A stretch of 64,000 bases of DNA, from the NCBI GenBank assembly GCA_047150005.1, contig AP038806.1:3264001-3328000 (forward strand), read 5' to 3'. Below are positions 28,683-38,380 of the stretch, piece by piece. The translations under genes and the position numbers were made by a program. The DNA is from Nitrospira sp. Its GTDB lineage: Bacteria; Nitrospirota; Nitrospiria; Nitrospirales; Nitrospiraceae. The notes under the pieces are model-generated. The model made no database searches and was not told the origin of the DNA. It saw only the letters and a program-made list of their open reading frames with translations. The stretch's first letter is position 1. Every line of letters starts with the position of its first letter.

Positions 28683-29990
28683 TCACGGCGAAGAAGCCGC
28701 CTTAAGATCCGGATACGTTTCCAGTAGACGTTTGACCAGACAGTCTGGATAGTTATCGGGCAGCAGCCAGACGTTGTTGGCCGAGCCGGCCTTCAGACAC
28801 CGCTGCCTCGCCGGGACCGGATATCGCATCGAAACCGTGACGTCGGATGAAATCCAGTCATTGGCGAACCAATAGCCATGTCCCTTCATGCCATGCAACT
28901 CATGGGCGCCCTGCACATCCGTCACATCGATGACCTCGAAGGTCGAGTCGGTCGCAAAGGCATCCAGTTGCTCCTGTGAGAGGTCCTTGACGTTGGGCCT
29001 GCCCACTCGGGATGTTCTGGCCAAGAACGCCGAGAAACCCAGCGCCTCGTCCTTCCGTGACACATAGACGATGATCTGGCTTGCCAGCTGCCTGATGACA
29101 GGAAACCCGTCGCGGGCGAAGGTTTTCACGTCAAGATCGGATGCCGCGAAAATCACATTGCCGATGCGGAAACGTCTCTGGAGCTCCTCCGGACCGGCGT
29201 CCGGATATCGGACTCGCAGGCGTACGAGCGCGTCGGCCAGCAGCGGGGAGCCGCAGCTGTAGGCCACCAGGTTCAGCCGCACCGCCCGCGTGTGCGTCAT
29301 CAAGACGATCAATCGTTCGATGTCGGGAATGTACTTGAGCGCGCGGGGACAGTCGGTAAGATAGTTCCAGAAATACAGATTCGTCGGCCACTGAAAGGAT
29401 ACCGTTGCAGAATGGCCGAGGTATCTGGCGAACGACGCCATCAGGACCGAAACCTCGTCGAAGGTGACACGGTACCCGTGTACGTACAGCGTCAGGTCCT
29501 GGTTTCTGGTCAGCCCCAGATGGTCATCGATGGCGGCCACGAACGCCCGTTCGGATGCGGTCAGTTCCGCGTCCCCCCGCAGAAGTCCGAATTCTCGTAC
29601 CTGTTGCACGTGCGCCGGGCGTGGGCTGTCGATTCGGTCGGTCAGGTCGGATGCGACTAACTGATTCCAGTCCCAGCCCGGACTGCCGAGGACGACGTCG
29701 GCGACTCCCAGCATAACGGCCTCGCTCTCGGTGGCGGAGTAGTGTCCGGGCGATCCGGGTGAAACCGGCTTGCGACTGGTTGCGTAGAAGACCGGTATTT
29801 GAGGCGAACGAAGGACCACAGGCACACGGCGTGAGAGGTCGATGCGCGTGTCCTTGAACAGCAGCGGCGTGGGCATCATATGCGGTTCTGCCGGTGTACA
29901 TCCGGTTGTGACGGCCGCGAGACTCGTTGCCACAAAGGACAGCACCGTGAGCAGGTTGGTGATCCGACCTCCCGCACAGACCCGGCTCAT
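28683..29990 (-). CDS. Alpha/beta hydrolase (DUF900-like) lipoprotein
   Basis: VFYATSR, YVHGY, FQWP, AYSCG nucleophile elbow, HGYW. Confidence 0.78.
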   Translation of the reverse strand: MSRVCAGGRITNLLTVLSFVATSLAAVTTGCTPAEPHMMPTPLLFKDTRIDLSRRVPVVLRSPQIPVFYATSRKPVSPGSPGHYSATESEAVMLGVADVVLGSPGWDWNQLVASDLTDRIDSPRPAHVQQVREFGLLRGDAELTASERAFVAAIDDHLGLTRNQDLTLYVHGYRVTFDEVSVLMASFARYLGHSATVSFQWPTNLYFWNYLTDCPRALKYIPDIERLIVLMTHTRAVRLNLVAYSCGSPLLADALVRLRVRYPDAGPEELQRRFRIGNVIFAASDLDVKTFARDGFPVIRQLASQIIVYVSRKDEALGFSAFLARTSRVGRPNVKDLSQEQLDAFATDSTFEVIDVTDVQGAHELHGMKGHGYWFANDWISSDVTVSMRYPVPARQRCLKAGSANNVWLLPDNYPDCLVKRLLETYPDLKAASSP

Positions 29991-30196
29991 AATCAGTCTC
30001 TGTCGGAGAAAGAGCGTGATATCGGAGCGTTGGGCACGGTTGGATGTAGCTCGAATCCGATCCACTGTCAAGGCGACGGCCTCCTCTCGATCTGTCGCAG
30101 GCGAATGCGTACAATGTGACGCGGGAGAGGGATTGGATAATGCGCACAGGTCATGACCCAGACGGCAAGGCCGGCAATGTCCGAATGGTTTCTGGA

Positions 30197-30808
30197 ATGT
30201 CGGCCCTCTTGGCAAGAGTACGGCTCCCGGCATCGATTCAGGCGATCGTCCTCCTCCTGTTGGCCGGCTGCTCGACGACGTCGCTCGACATGTCGAACCA
30301 ACCGGTCGAGCCTCCGGGTCCAGGTTGGGGTGTCGTTGTGGGATCGGTGTTGGTGGAAGCGGAGGACGACCCGCCGGATTCCTGGTGGAACCGGACGTTC
30401 GGCCGCAATGCGGAGGGGTTCACCTATGAATTCCAGATCGTCAAGGTTGAATTGACCGACCCGAACGGTACGTCCCATCCCTATGCCCAGCAGTATCGGC
30501 TGGATGCCAAGCCGAGAGTGGAACGCATGTTTGTCGCCCGGCTTCCGGTCGGGAGCTATCTCATCAAGACGTTCCGGCATGAGGGGCTGTCTGCGATCGG
30601 AGGAGACCTCGATGTGAGGTTCTCCGTGGAGGCGGGCCGCACGCAGTATCTGGGCCGGTTGGTCCTCGATGTGCCCCGGCGCGTGAGTTTTGGAGCACCG
30701 TACACGTTTCGGATTGTCGATGAGCGGGCCACCGCGATCGCTGCGATCCGGCAGCGACAACCTGCACTGGCAGAAGAGGTCGTGAACCGTCCGATGCAGG
30801 TGCGATAG
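30197..30808 (+). CDS. Hypothetical lipoprotein (start uncertain)
   Basis: Lipobox LAGC; LPVGSY and VEAGRTQYLG beta-sandwich-like motifs. Confidence 0.7.
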   Translation: MSALLARVRLPASIQAIVLLLLAGCSTTSLDMSNQPVEPPGPGWGVVVGSVLVEAEDDPPDSWWNRTFGRNAEGFTYEFQIVKVELTDPNGTSHPYAQQYRLDAKPRVERMFVARLPVGSYLIKTFRHEGLSAIGGDLDVRFSVEAGRTQYLGRLVLDVPRRVSFGAPYTFRIVDERATAIAAIRQRQPALAEEVVNRPMQVR

Positions 30809-30841
30809 GGGATTGCCGTGTCGCCCGCCGCTGGCGACTGC

Positions 30842-31090
30842 TCATCGCAAGTGGGTGGCTTCGAACCGCGCCAGCGTCGTCCCTGGTTGTCATAGATCTC
30901 GAGATGTTTCCCGATCACCTTCCAGGTTTCGACATTCCGCAGCGCATCCAGGAAAGCCTGTTCTTGCCGCATTCCATCCGCGCAGGCCATTTTCGTGGTG
31001 GCCATTTGACTGAAGCGGAGCCTCTGGCCCTCGACGTCATTGCTTCCCATGAGCAGGTAGCACGTGATCCCCGGCTGATCTGTCCTTTCT
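30842..31090 (-). pseudogene. META/HslJ domain remnant
   Basis: LRFSQMATTKMAC...EQAFLDAL...LEIYD; natural end TTLARFEATHLR* lies in another frame; no N-terminus. Confidence 0.65.
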
Positions 31091-31259
31091 GAGGAGGGTT
31101 TGCCGAGATCGTTATCGATGCCTTCTAAGATTTCATCAGGAGATGAGGTCTTGCTGTTCTACCATTCTATTGATCTCCCGGTGCCGCCGGAGTATGGTGC
31201 GGACCGATTCGGCAGAGGCAAGCGGAGGACTCATTCGATTGGCATGGTGCCCCCTTGAG

Positions 31260-32144
31260 ATGACTCCTGATTCGTGGCTGTTCAAGTTGCTGGAATTTTA
31301 CGGAACCCGTCTGCACCATCGTGGACAATGGAAAGTCCATGCACTGTTGCGCAAGTGGTTGCAGCCCAACCTGGATGTCGATCTCGAAGTGATGCGGGAC
31401 GGACATCGTTGGCTGCTCAATCCCTCGGATTTCGTGCAGGCGGAATTTTTCTGGCTGGGAGAGCGTGACACTTGGGATGTTCTATTGGCCAAGCGGCTGA
31501 TTCGCCCCGCCGACGTCCTGTTCGATGTGGGCGCCAATTTCGGACACTATGCGATCACGCTGGCCGATGCCCTGGGTCGTGCGTGTGAGGTCCATGCCTT
31601 TGAACCGTTTCCTGCCAATGCCGAGCGGCTGCGGACCAATATTCGTTTGAACGAATTGGAACACGTCATTCACGTTCATCCGATCGGCCTGTCTGATGCC
31701 GCCGGGATCGGCAAGATGATGATTCGAGCGGACAATTCCGGCGCCGCCACGTTGGCTGTGACGGACGACGCGCCTGTTGCCGCGCACAACATTGAGCTCA
31801 TCACGTTGGACGAGTTCTGTGAGCGGAAGGCCATCGCCAAGGTCGATTTCATCAAAGTCGATGTCGAGGGATTCGAGGAGAGAATGATTTTGGGAAGCAG
31901 GAGGACGATCCAGCGATCGGCCCCGACGATGCTGATCGAGTTTGATCCGCCGAAACTCGTCCGGGCGGGCTCTTCTGTGGATCGGCTGGCGGCTCTGCTG
32001 CGTCAACTCAACTACGGTCTCTGGGTGGCAGATCGGGATCGGTTGGTGCCGCTGAAGGAATTGTCGAGGGGAGGAGATTATATCAACGTCTTCTGCTTGC
32101 CGGACTCCCGTCGGTCCTCCACCAGTCAGAACCGACTATTGTGA
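31260..32144 (+). CDS. FkbM family methyltransferase
   Basis: FDVGANFG, AFEP, IKVDVEGFE. Confidence 0.88.
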   Translation: MTPDSWLFKLLEFYGTRLHHRGQWKVHALLRKWLQPNLDVDLEVMRDGHRWLLNPSDFVQAEFFWLGERDTWDVLLAKRLIRPADVLFDVGANFGHYAITLADALGRACEVHAFEPFPANAERLRTNIRLNELEHVIHVHPIGLSDAAGIGKMMIRADNSGAATLAVTDDAPVAAHNIELITLDEFCERKAIAKVDFIKVDVEGFEERMILGSRRTIQRSAPTMLIEFDPPKLVRAGSSVDRLAALLRQLNYGLWVADRDRLVPLKELSRGGDYINVFCLPDSRRSSTSQNRLL

Positions 32145-33125
32145 GCCTATCCGGGAACGATTCGTGCGTTCCCATTCTTCTCCCCTCAGGCGTAAGAATT
32201 CCGAGCTCTGTATCTTCGGATAGGTCGTGACCAGGTAATTCAAGCGGTAGTGAGCGCCGGATTCGTACTCCAGCTTGCCCTTATCAAGAGCCTGTGTTGC
32301 CGAGATGTAGGCGAAAGGCTCGTACATGAGGAAAAACACGGGGTCTCCGAGCCGGTTGGCCTGATCCCCGAAAACCGCCACGGTCGACTCACGCACCGGG
32401 AGGCTCACGCTGGCCGCGCTCCAGCGAACCTTTAAGATATTCGGATCACCCCGCCGCGGATCCAAGGTCTTCTCCGCGTTGCGGTGCACAACCCGGGAAT
32501 CGAAATCCCGCGACAGTCGAAGGCCGAGCCCGTTGTATGGATCTCCGGTCAGGACGGCGGACTTCACGCGAGCGCCGACGACGAAATCGGAGGACCACTG
32601 CACGGCAACTTCTCGATTGTTCTCGTCCACGGTTACGGTGATGGTTCGTCCTTCATGAAGAATGGGTTCTCCTCCGTCGACCGTGCTTCGAGCGGTCGGG
32701 GCGAGCCATTCGATCACGTCGACGAAGCTCGCATAGGGTCGTCCCCGCTCATCCACGCCGGTCTGTTGCTTTTCAATCCGGACCGAACGTTGGAAGCCCG
32801 TATCCTCTCGTTCCTGCCAGTAATTGATGCCGTTGACCATCACGGCGTACATGATTCCATGGTGATGCAGGTGGTCCGACGGCGCGTCGAGCAGCACGTT
32901 GTATCCCGACAGATCGAAGAGCGCCTTGATATACGGTTTGAATTGTCCGGTGGCATGGGCGTAGGTGAGCACCGGGCGGTCTTGATAAGAGATGCTGAGC
33001 TGACTGGATTGCGGATCGTTCTCAATGCGGAGCTGATCCCGGGATGTTCCCTCAGCATCGGCCGAACCGGCGAGGGAGAGTGCGGTCAACAGCATCAAGG
33101 CCCTGACAGATCGATGAGTCTTCAT
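32136..33125 (-). CDS. Secreted DUF6807-like protein (not a true pMMO/AMO subunit)
   Basis: Signal peptide, KPYI...DHLHHHG...YW, YNGLGLR; soluble. Confidence 0.65.
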   Translation of the reverse strand: MKTHRSVRALMLLTALSLAGSADAEGTSRDQLRIENDPQSSQLSISYQDRPVLTYAHATGQFKPYIKALFDLSGYNVLLDAPSDHLHHHGIMYAVMVNGINYWQEREDTGFQRSVRIEKQQTGVDERGRPYASFVDVIEWLAPTARSTVDGGEPILHEGRTITVTVDENNREVAVQWSSDFVVGARVKSAVLTGDPYNGLGLRLSRDFDSRVVHRNAEKTLDPRRGDPNILKVRWSAASVSLPVRESTVAVFGDQANRLGDPVFFLMYEPFAYISATQALDKGKLEYESGAHYRLNYLVTTYPKIQSSEFLRLRGEEWERTNRSRIGSQ

Positions 33126-33216
33126 GGCGCAACAGTACGACAACGATTCTACCGCAAGCGCTTAGGTCGTCGAGCCATGAGGGTAGAGTCAATCGCCAAG
33201 TCCCGTCAAGGCCACC

Positions 33217-33368
33217 GGTCGTGGGTCCGTTTTCTCTTGCGTGATGCCGCGAAGGCGGGCATCCGCTCCTCGATCAAGACTCAAGGCTGAGGAGAGGCCT
33301 TGACTGGATTCCCGTTTCCGCGGGACTGACAAACTTCAGTGCTTCTGACGTCAAACTGACCCACTACC
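33217..33368. mobile_element. 152-bp MITE/REPIN-like element with 16-bp terminal IRs and two inverted REP-like palindromes
   Basis: GGTCGTGGGTCCGTTT / AAACTGACCCACTACC (2 mismatches); internal GATGCCGCGAAGGCGGGCATC and CTGGATTCCCGTTTCCGCGGGACTGAC. Confidence 0.75.
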
Positions 33369-33476
33369 AGGCAATACGCGCTTCAATTTGGCCTTCGCGG
33401 AGGACTGGAGGCCTCCCATGTCTCTGAGCCGCTGCGCGATCACGGCCTCAGAAGCGTCTGACGCCAGATGCACCCG

Positions 33477-33857
33477 CTATTCGATGATCAGGGTTCCGGT
33501 CATGCCGGGGTGGCCTTTGCGCCGGCAGGAGTACAGGTAGGTTCCCGGGGGCGCCGCGACGAGGAGCCGCACCGACCGCCCCGGCTTCAGGAGACCCGGC
33601 ATGGCGGCGTCCTGTTTCGCCGTTCCTTCCATGCTTCCGGTTCCATAGGCCAAGATCGGACTGATGAACTCGTGATCCTCGCGTCCGGCGTTATAGAGCG
33701 CGAGGGTGAAGGGAGAGCCGGCTTTCACCCGCACGATGTCAGGCACAAACCGGTAATCTTCCGCGGTGACCGAAACGATCTGCACCGGACCGTCGCAGGC
33801 GCAGCAGGACAGGAGCACCGCGCCTGTGATCACTTGTAAGAGCCGAGCGCTTGTCAT
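33477..33857 (-). CDS. Cupredoxin domain lipoprotein
   Basis: HEF...YLYSCRRKGHPGM supplies His/Cys/His/Met type-1 copper ligands. Confidence 0.8.
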   Translation of the reverse strand: MTSARLLQVITGAVLLSCCACDGPVQIVSVTAEDYRFVPDIVRVKAGSPFTLALYNAGREDHEFISPILAYGTGSMEGTAKQDAAMPGLLKPGRSVRLLVAAPPGTYLYSCRRKGHPGMTGTLIIE

Positions 33858-33913
33858 GTCCAGAGATTTCGATGGGTTACGACCGTGGAAGTTCGAATGG
33901 AACCGCAGATATG

Positions 33914-34492
33914 TCAGGCATGGTCGGTCGGCTCGTTGCCCGGCTTCCACTTGATGCTGCAGCCGATGCTGGGTCGTTGAAAGCTCGAGACCGGTTTCTT
34001 CGCCAACACCGCCTCGACCGCCGCACGGAGATCGCGGCCGTCGACCTGTCTGCCGTTCGCCGGGCGACTGTCGTCAAGCTGTCCACGATAGACCAGCTTG
34101 CGTTCGCCATCGAACAGGTAAAAATCCGGCGTGCAGACAGCCCGGTAGGCCTTAGCCGTCTCTTGATTTTCGTCGAAGCAAAACGGAAATGTGAAGGCCA
34201 GCCGCTCGGCCATCTCTTTGAGCCGTGGTGGAGCATCGTCAGGATATCGGCTTGCATCGTTGCTGCTGACGGCCACGATGCCGAGGCCGCGCTCGCGATA
34301 ATCACGACCGATCCGCGCCAGTTCTCCCTCCACATGTTGGACGTAGGGACAGTGGCGGCAGATGAACATGATCAGCAGAGCGGCGTTCCCTTCAAAGGAC
34401 TCCAGGGTCCACCACCGTCCGGAAGCCACGTCCCGGAGTCGAAAGGCAGGAGCCAGGGTTCCCAGCGGCAGCATGACAGATTCAACGGCCAT
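33914..34492 (-). CDS. Thioredoxin-fold AhpC/TSA family protein
   Basis: FICRHCPYV, AVCTPDF, YRGQLDD, IGCSIKW. Confidence 0.9.
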   Translation of the reverse strand: MAVESVMLPLGTLAPAFRLRDVASGRWWTLESFEGNAALLIMFICRHCPYVQHVEGELARIGRDYRERGLGIVAVSSNDASRYPDDAPPRLKEMAERLAFTFPFCFDENQETAKAYRAVCTPDFYLFDGERKLVYRGQLDDSRPANGRQVDGRDLRAAVEAVLAKKPVSSFQRPSIGCSIKWKPGNEPTDHA

Positions 34493-34598
34493 TGAATCCT
34501 CCCCGAGCGACCATGATCCGATGAAGATGCCCAACTAGGAGAGCCGGGTCAAGAGGTGGCAAAGCAGGAAGGCGGCAGGGTGCCGAGCTTTATTCAGG

Positions 34599-35237
34599 TC
34601 AGGTGAGCGCGCCGGCATGGCGAATGCGGTAGTCCACGGAGAGGCGGCTATGCTGGTCGCCCGTGAGTTCGAGGGTCACCGTGCCGTCGGCGGTGTCCCA
34701 GGTGGCATGGTAACGGAGATGGCCGATCATCACGGCGACGCCCCAGTAGTCGGGCAACAGTTGGTACAGGTCGTTGTTCCAGATAACCTGATCATCTGCC
34801 GGTGCCCCATAGGTGTCCGTCAGGGTCTGTTTCACCGTCAGATAATAGGCGATGAATTCATTGAGCCGGTTGAGCGGGCGCTGCAGGAGGACGTACTGGC
34901 CACGGGCCAACGTATCCAGGTTGAACTCGTAGCCTTCCAGCACCCCGTGATCGCCGATATTGCGGAGATAAACGAGCTTGCTCTGGTCGTCGTCGCGCAC
35001 GTCACCGGCGATGGAGGTACGAAGTGCGGCCTTGTCCTTGCCCTGATGAGAGCGGACGGTCTGAAGAAAGGTCGCGACCTGCTTGGAGATTTCCGTTTGA
35101 AGCTCGGCCTCCGCGATTTCGTCGAAGGGAACGACGAAGACCGGCGGTGGCAACGGTTCCTGGACTTGGGCAAACGACGGCGTGGACCAACAGATGACGG
35201 CCACGACCGATCTCAGCAGGCGATGCATGGTCCGCAC
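34599..35237 (-). CDS. Hypothetical secreted protein
   Basis: Signal peptide ending SFA; 212-aa ORF. Confidence 0.65.
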   Translation of the reverse strand: MRTMHRLLRSVVAVICWSTPSFAQVQEPLPPPVFVVPFDEIAEAELQTEISKQVATFLQTVRSHQGKDKAALRTSIAGDVRDDDQSKLVYLRNIGDHGVLEGYEFNLDTLARGQYVLLQRPLNRLNEFIAYYLTVKQTLTDTYGAPADDQVIWNNDLYQLLPDYWGVAVMIGHLRYHATWDTADGTVTLELTGDQHSRLSVDYRIRHAGALT

Positions 35238-35393
35238 GATATGATGGAAGGAGCATCACCGTCTATCCCACCAAAGAGGGCGGAAGAACTGACCAAAGAG
35301 TTTGGTCAAAGGGCTGGTGCCGGCCGAAGATCGGGCGTCGGCCCACGCCGAATTGCGGATGTGTCGAAGTCTGTCGCAAACGATCAAGACCGA

Positions 35394-37913
35394 TCATTGG
35401 CCCGGGCGCTTCGCCTTGGCGGTCGGGGTGGCGAGAAGCGGATTCTCCGGCCAGTGGTGTTTGGGGTAGCGACCCCGCAGGTCCTTGCGGACGTCCCGAT
35501 AGGTATTGACCCAGAAGCCGGCCAGATCCTTCGTGACCTGGATCGGCCGCTTGGCCGGTGAGAGCAGATGCAAAAGGACAGGCACCTTGCCGTCCGCGAC
35601 TCTCGGCGTATCTGAGCAGCCGAACATTTCTTGCAGCCGCACTGCCAGCACCGGCCCCTCCGGCTGGTCATAGTCGAGCCGCAGCCTCGATCCGCTGGGG
35701 ACCGTCAGATGTGTGGGAGCCCGGCGGTCCAATTGATGCTGTTGATCGCGACTGAGTCTGGTCTGCAGTGCCGGAGCAAGATCCATCCGCTTGACTCGCT
35801 CCAGGGTGGTGATTCCCACGAGAAATGGCTCGAGCCAGTCGTCGATTGTCCTGAGCAACGTGTCGTCTGACAGATCGGGCCATTGAGCATCCGGGCCGTC
35901 GAGGATCTTGAGAAATCGAACTCGGGCCTGCCACTGTCGCAGTTCCGGCGTCCAGGCCAATGTCGACAGCCCGGCCCGGCGAAGGCCGACCGACAGGGCG
36001 CCGGCCATCATTGTCGGATCGGGGTTCGACAAGGCTTGTTCCGACAGTGTCAGCGCCTCGAACCGCCGTCGTCTGGCTGCGCGAACACTCCCAGTCCGTT
36101 CATCCCAGGCCACGTCTTCGACCTGCTCGATCCGATCGGCAAACAGCGCTTCAATATCGCTCTGCGTAACGGGAGCGGCCAGGTCTATTCTTGCCCACTG
36201 GGTGCCTGCGTCGAGATCGGCGATCACGAGATAGGGTTCCGAGGCCAGTGGATCCGGATTGGCGAACAGTGCGCCGCGCCCGTTTGCGAGTAGGTAGCGA
36301 GCCTCGCCGTGCGGTTGTCGTTGCGCGATTCGGTCGGGATAAGCGAGCGCGAGCAACAGGCCGGCGGATCCTGGATCGCACGAACCGGGTCGTCCCTTCG
36401 CAGCATCCGGCCGTCGGCGTCGATAGAGGTTGGCCGTGTGTTTGACCCGCCGACAGGCTCCGTGATCGACCGTAAGCTCGCCTATCCGGCTGTCGGGACC
36501 CCACAACACATCGAGTCTGAGCCGCATGTCCGCCTGGCGCCGGCCGGCCGGCGCACGCACAATGTCGCGCTCGCCGAGCAAGGCGGCGATGTCGCAGGCG
36601 AGGTCGGTCAACTCGAGCCCATCAGCCTTGATCAGCATGTGGGCGAGACGGGGATGCATCGCCAATCCGGCCATGCCTCGGCCGTGCGCGGTGATGGACC
36701 CTGCCGCGTCCAGAGCATCCAGGTGTCTGAGGAGATCCTTGGCTTGGGCGACAGCCGCGGGAGGGGGGGCGGTCAGCCAGCGTAACTCCGAGGGATCGTG
36801 CGCGCCCCATTCTGCCAGTTCCAGGATCAGTGGCGCCAAATCCGCGTCCAGGATCTCGGGCGGCCTGCGTGCCGCCAGCGCCGCTTGTTCCTTCTCAGGC
36901 CAGAGGCGATAGCAGAGGCCCGGTTCGAGCCGGCCCGCCCGGCCCCGACGTTGGTCCGCCGAGTCCTGCGTCACCCGCACCGTGTCCAGCCTGGTCAACC
37001 CGGTGCGCGGATCGAAGCGAGGGATACGTGATAAACCGGCGTCGATCACCACGCGCACCCCGTCGATCGTCAGACTGGTTTCCGCGATGGAGGTGGCCAA
37101 CACGACCTTTCTCGTGCCCGGTTGGGACGGGGCGATGGCCTCGTCCTGCACCGCTTGCGGCAGGTCGCCGTGCAGCGGTGCGACGCGAATGCTCGCGTCC
37201 AACTGTGTGTTCTGGAGCAGGCGCTCGACCCGTCGGATCTCGGCCATACCGGGAAGAAACACCAGCAGGCTGCCTCGATCCTGCGCCAGCGATCTGTGGA
37301 TCGTTTGGACGACGGCGGCATCGAGCCGCCCAGCCGGCGGGTGATCGAGGTAGCGGGTTTCCACCGGAAACAGCCGACCCTCACAGACCAGAATCGGCGC
37401 ACCGCCGAGCAGTTCGCTGATCGGTCCGCACTCCAGCGTGGCCGACATGACCAAGAGCCGGAGGTCCGGACGGAAGAGCCGTTGAGTCTCCAGAGAGAGG
37501 GCCAATCCGGCATCGGCCTGCAGGCTCCGCTCGTGAAACTCGTCGAAGATGACGATTCCGTAGTCGGCGAGCGACGGATCTTGTAAGAGCAACCTGGACA
37601 AAATGCCTTCGGTGACGACTTCAATGCGAGTCGCCGGTCCGACCTTGGTGTCGAGGCGGGTGCGGTAGCCGACGATACCGCCAACTGGTTGACCCAGCGA
37701 TGCGGCCATACGATGAGCCGCGGCACGGGCGGCGAGCCGGCGCGGCTCCAACAGCAGCAGCTTCTTGCCGGCGAGCCATGGAGCAGCCAGCAGAGCCGGA
37801 GGCACGCCGGTCGTTTTTCCGGCCCCTGGCGAGGCGGTCAACAGCGCATTCGGGTCGGCCATGAGGGCGGCTCGTAGCGCCGGCAGCACATCTTCTATTG
37901 GAAGTCGAGTCAT
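35394..37913 (-). CDS. hrpB: ATP-dependent helicase HrpB
   Basis: PGAGKTT, DEFHERS, MSAT, QRRGRAGR, C-terminal GRYPKHHWP. Confidence 0.95.
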   Translation of the reverse strand: MTRLPIEDVLPALRAALMADPNALLTASPGAGKTTGVPPALLAAPWLAGKKLLLLEPRRLAARAAAHRMAASLGQPVGGIVGYRTRLDTKVGPATRIEVVTEGILSRLLLQDPSLADYGIVIFDEFHERSLQADAGLALSLETQRLFRPDLRLLVMSATLECGPISELLGGAPILVCEGRLFPVETRYLDHPPAGRLDAAVVQTIHRSLAQDRGSLLVFLPGMAEIRRVERLLQNTQLDASIRVAPLHGDLPQAVQDEAIAPSQPGTRKVVLATSIAETSLTIDGVRVVIDAGLSRIPRFDPRTGLTRLDTVRVTQDSADQRRGRAGRLEPGLCYRLWPEKEQAALAARRPPEILDADLAPLILELAEWGAHDPSELRWLTAPPPAAVAQAKDLLRHLDALDAAGSITAHGRGMAGLAMHPRLAHMLIKADGLELTDLACDIAALLGERDIVRAPAGRRQADMRLRLDVLWGPDSRIGELTVDHGACRRVKHTANLYRRRRPDAAKGRPGSCDPGSAGLLLALAYPDRIAQRQPHGEARYLLANGRGALFANPDPLASEPYLVIADLDAGTQWARIDLAAPVTQSDIEALFADRIEQVEDVAWDERTGSVRAARRRRFEALTLSEQALSNPDPTMMAGALSVGLRRAGLSTLAWTPELRQWQARVRFLKILDGPDAQWPDLSDDTLLRTIDDWLEPFLVGITTLERVKRMDLAPALQTRLSRDQQHQLDRRAPTHLTVPSGSRLRLDYDQPEGPVLAVRLQEMFGCSDTPRVADGKVPVLLHLLSPAKRPIQVTKDLAGFWVNTYRDVRKDLRGRYPKHHWPENPLLATPTAKAKRPGQ

Positions 37914-37975
37914 GATAGGGTCAAGCCTTCATACAGGCGAGACTGTATCAGAAGCCGTAACGATACAGGAGTGGC

Positions 37976-38173
37976 ATGACTCAATATCACTGGACGACGG
38001 CGAAACCGACGAACGCCGGCTGGTATTGGTTTCGGGGGCAGATTCACGAAGCCGATCCGTTCATTGTTCTCGTGGATGAAGCGGGACAGTTTCAATGGCC
38101 GGACGGAGGGTATCAAGAAGTGAAGCTGGCCAAAGGCGAATGGGCGGGGCCTATTGAGGAGCCGAGCGAATGA
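37976..38173 (+). CDS. Small Trp-rich hypothetical protein
   Basis: RBS AGGAG; 65 aa WTTAKP...GWYWFR...GEWAGPI. Confidence 0.65.
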   Translation: MTQYHWTTAKPTNAGWYWFRGQIHEADPFIVLVDEAGQFQWPDGGYQEVKLAKGEWAGPIEEPSE

Positions 38174-38380
38174 TGAGCGGATCCTGCCGCCAATCAGCCC
38201 AACCGGCTTCGCACCCCGCCCGGTGTAGGGCCCCGCTGCAGGCGGTTGGGGAACGCTGCGTCGCGGCGCGGCGGGGTTGGGCGGGTGAGAAAGTCGCCCA
38301 GATTGGCGTCACCCGCTAAGAAATGGTTCCTCAATCGACGTGAAAGGGAAAAGAGAAGAAAAGCATAGGAGGCATCGCTG

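Noticed and set aside
32136..33125. Methane/ammonia monooxygenase subunit (the family has been labelled PmoA)
   Set aside because: It is a soluble secreted protein without the multi-TM architecture, and no amo/pmoCAB neighbours are present.
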